Below are positions 62,252-64,000 of a stretch of 64,000 nucleotides of DNA, piece by piece. Position 1 is the first letter of the stretch; each line of letters opens with the position of its first letter. The notes beneath the pieces were generated by a model. It worked only from the letters and a program-made list of their open reading frames with translations, was not told the origin of the DNA and ran no database searches. The stretch covers positions 46,872,001 to 46,936,000 of the forward strand of contig OX597820.1 in NCBI GenBank assembly GCA_951406725.2, read 5' to 3'. Source of the DNA: Octopus vulgaris (taxonomy: Eukaryota). Made by a program: the position numbers and the translations under genes.

Positions 62252-64000
62252 GTAAGTAAATGATTCCTTTGTGATTGAGAGAGGGAGAGATGGAGAGGAA
62301 TGTAATGCTAAAGAGGTGTGAATAGAGGAGAAACTTAGTATGTGTTCACTTTTCCGTGATGTTAGGGCGAAGAGCCCTTCTCTTTTCATTTGAGATGAAA
62401 ATGAAGTGTAATAATCATAGACAACAGTTAATACTCCGGCAACCACTATTTCATAAACAACGAGAAAGTGCATCTGACCTAGGCGTGAGAACGCTCAGCT
62501 AGATACTTTAACAAAATAACTAGACTTGTCCTCCAGTTGTGGTTTCAGTACCATTTCGTTGCTTCGCATATTTTTCATTGCCCACCTGGGTCACGCATGA
62601 ATTGAGTATTGTTTATATTCTGGGGCTCGGTATAATCGTTTCTGTCCTTCCTTGGTTTTCTTTCAAAATTCGTCTCCTGACTATTAAAAGTAATTATCTA
62701 ATTAAATGTTTTAACCTGCCACCAGGTATGAGAGTTCGTACCTTGCTTCCCCCCCCCTCTCTGTTTCCCTATTTGTCATCACGCCTTGAACAAACATGTG
62801 ACGAAGGTGGAACTCTTGATATCGTCTGCTCCACCTTTATAAAAAAAAATATTGAAAAAAATGTTTATTGTTGTTTGTGTCGGTTTTGATTGCGTCTCCC
62901 TTTAGATTCTTTTAGGATTCGATCCCTCATTGAAATTGCTTCTTTGATTTGTAATTTTGAGCGGAAAAAATTTGAACGTGCCTTCATATGAATACTTATT
63001 GTAAACCCAGCAATTCCCCTAGCTTATCTACTTCTGCTAAGAAGTTTGGATCTGTATATCAACTTCGTTTTACCACATGCACAAAATGCACAAATATACA
63101 CTTTACCGAGTCTTTTGGTTTTTCTCTCTCTCTTTCTCTCTCTTTGTGTACATAGCGAGTATGTCTGCTTCTTTCTCTCCCTCCGATATATATGTTTGTG
63201 TGTGTCGTTTTGCATTTCTCTCTTGTTTTAACCATGTATATCTTCTTACCCTCACTGTCTTATTTCTCCACATATCTCCTCTAATTTGTTCTCTTCTCTT
63301 CTCTTTCTCCCCCCACCTCTCTCTCTCTCAACCTCTAACTACATTAAAAAGGTCTCATTTTGATTTTGCAATAACCGACCCCCATCCAGGTTTAGATCCA
63401 GAATTTCGAATGTGTGTATGCGTAAACTCAAACTATCTTTGCAAAAGTTTTGCATAAGTCTTTAAGATTGTATCCTTGGGGAGGTAGGCGGTGTGACAGA
63501 TCCTGTTGACATCGCACTCACACCACATATAGGATTTGTTTTATTTACGATTCCGACTAGTTTCGCATTCCTTTCATGAATGAAAAGGCAGAAAGGGTGT
63601 GTCATGTGAACTTGGATCCACGGATTGAAACCTGATACATTTCATGCACTACATCTTTCTGTGTATGTACTCAATGTACCACAGCTGTTGTTGCTGTTGG
63701 TTTATTTACTGCCGTTGTCGTTGTTTAGCCTCAGGTCACTTCAGATCCAGAAAACTTTTTCTGAAAACTGTCCGGCCATGATCATTTTATATTTTGTTGC
63801 TGTATGTGTTTAAGATTGTAATTTGCTGAATCGATGGAAATTTAGCTGCTATTTTTAGCAAAACTCAGTTACTTCGACGAGATATCATTATTATTATTGA
63901 TGGTGATAGTGGTGGTGATGGGTGTGATATTTGTTTTTGTTGGTTGTGAACGAATCACGTATTATTATTGAATTGTTATAGTTTTCAGGCGCTCGATAGT

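Larger units (their letters stand above)
60600..64000. promoter_or_regulatory. CpG-retaining divergent promoter region
   Basis: CpG visibly more frequent than in the introns (by eye, not computed); ETS-like ACTTCCGG at 61312 and CCGGAAGT at 62091. Confidence 0.55.

Noticed and set aside
445-63813. Most short ORFs in the supplied track
   Set aside because: They lie in SINEs, microsatellites or antisense to real exons; the same peptides recur with each SINE copy

Overview
AT-rich, repeat-dense eukaryotic DNA. The SINE families and (AAT)n/(CAT)n/(TA)n microsatellites resemble Octopus (coleoid cephalopod) DNA; this is an inference. Nearly the whole window is one minus-strand gene of the DZIP1/DZIP1L (iguana) ciliary family. 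I assembled it by hand from 21 phase-consistent coding exons (ATG 46642 to TAA 2216, about 911 aa: Dzip-like N domain, one C2H2 finger, coiled coils, acidic tract). A probable first exon and RFX/forkhead promoter lie at about 61.0-61.1 kb, and a probable divergent plus-strand gene starts at about 62.1 kb. Introns hold tRNA-derived SINEs, CR1, RTE, Dong/R4 and Penelope relics, a full-length dead mariner, several MITEs, a Helitron, a tRNA-Gly pseudogene and minisatellites. The most notable observations are a candidate mutually exclusive exon pair, a 149-bp hairpin with a perfect 5' splice site at its loop, a decayed minimal hammerhead ribozyme, a promoter bracketed by inverted repeats, and an acceptor choice that turns the first ATG into either a uORF or an N-terminal extension. 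Most ORFs in the supplied track are spurious. Repeat boundaries are approximate.
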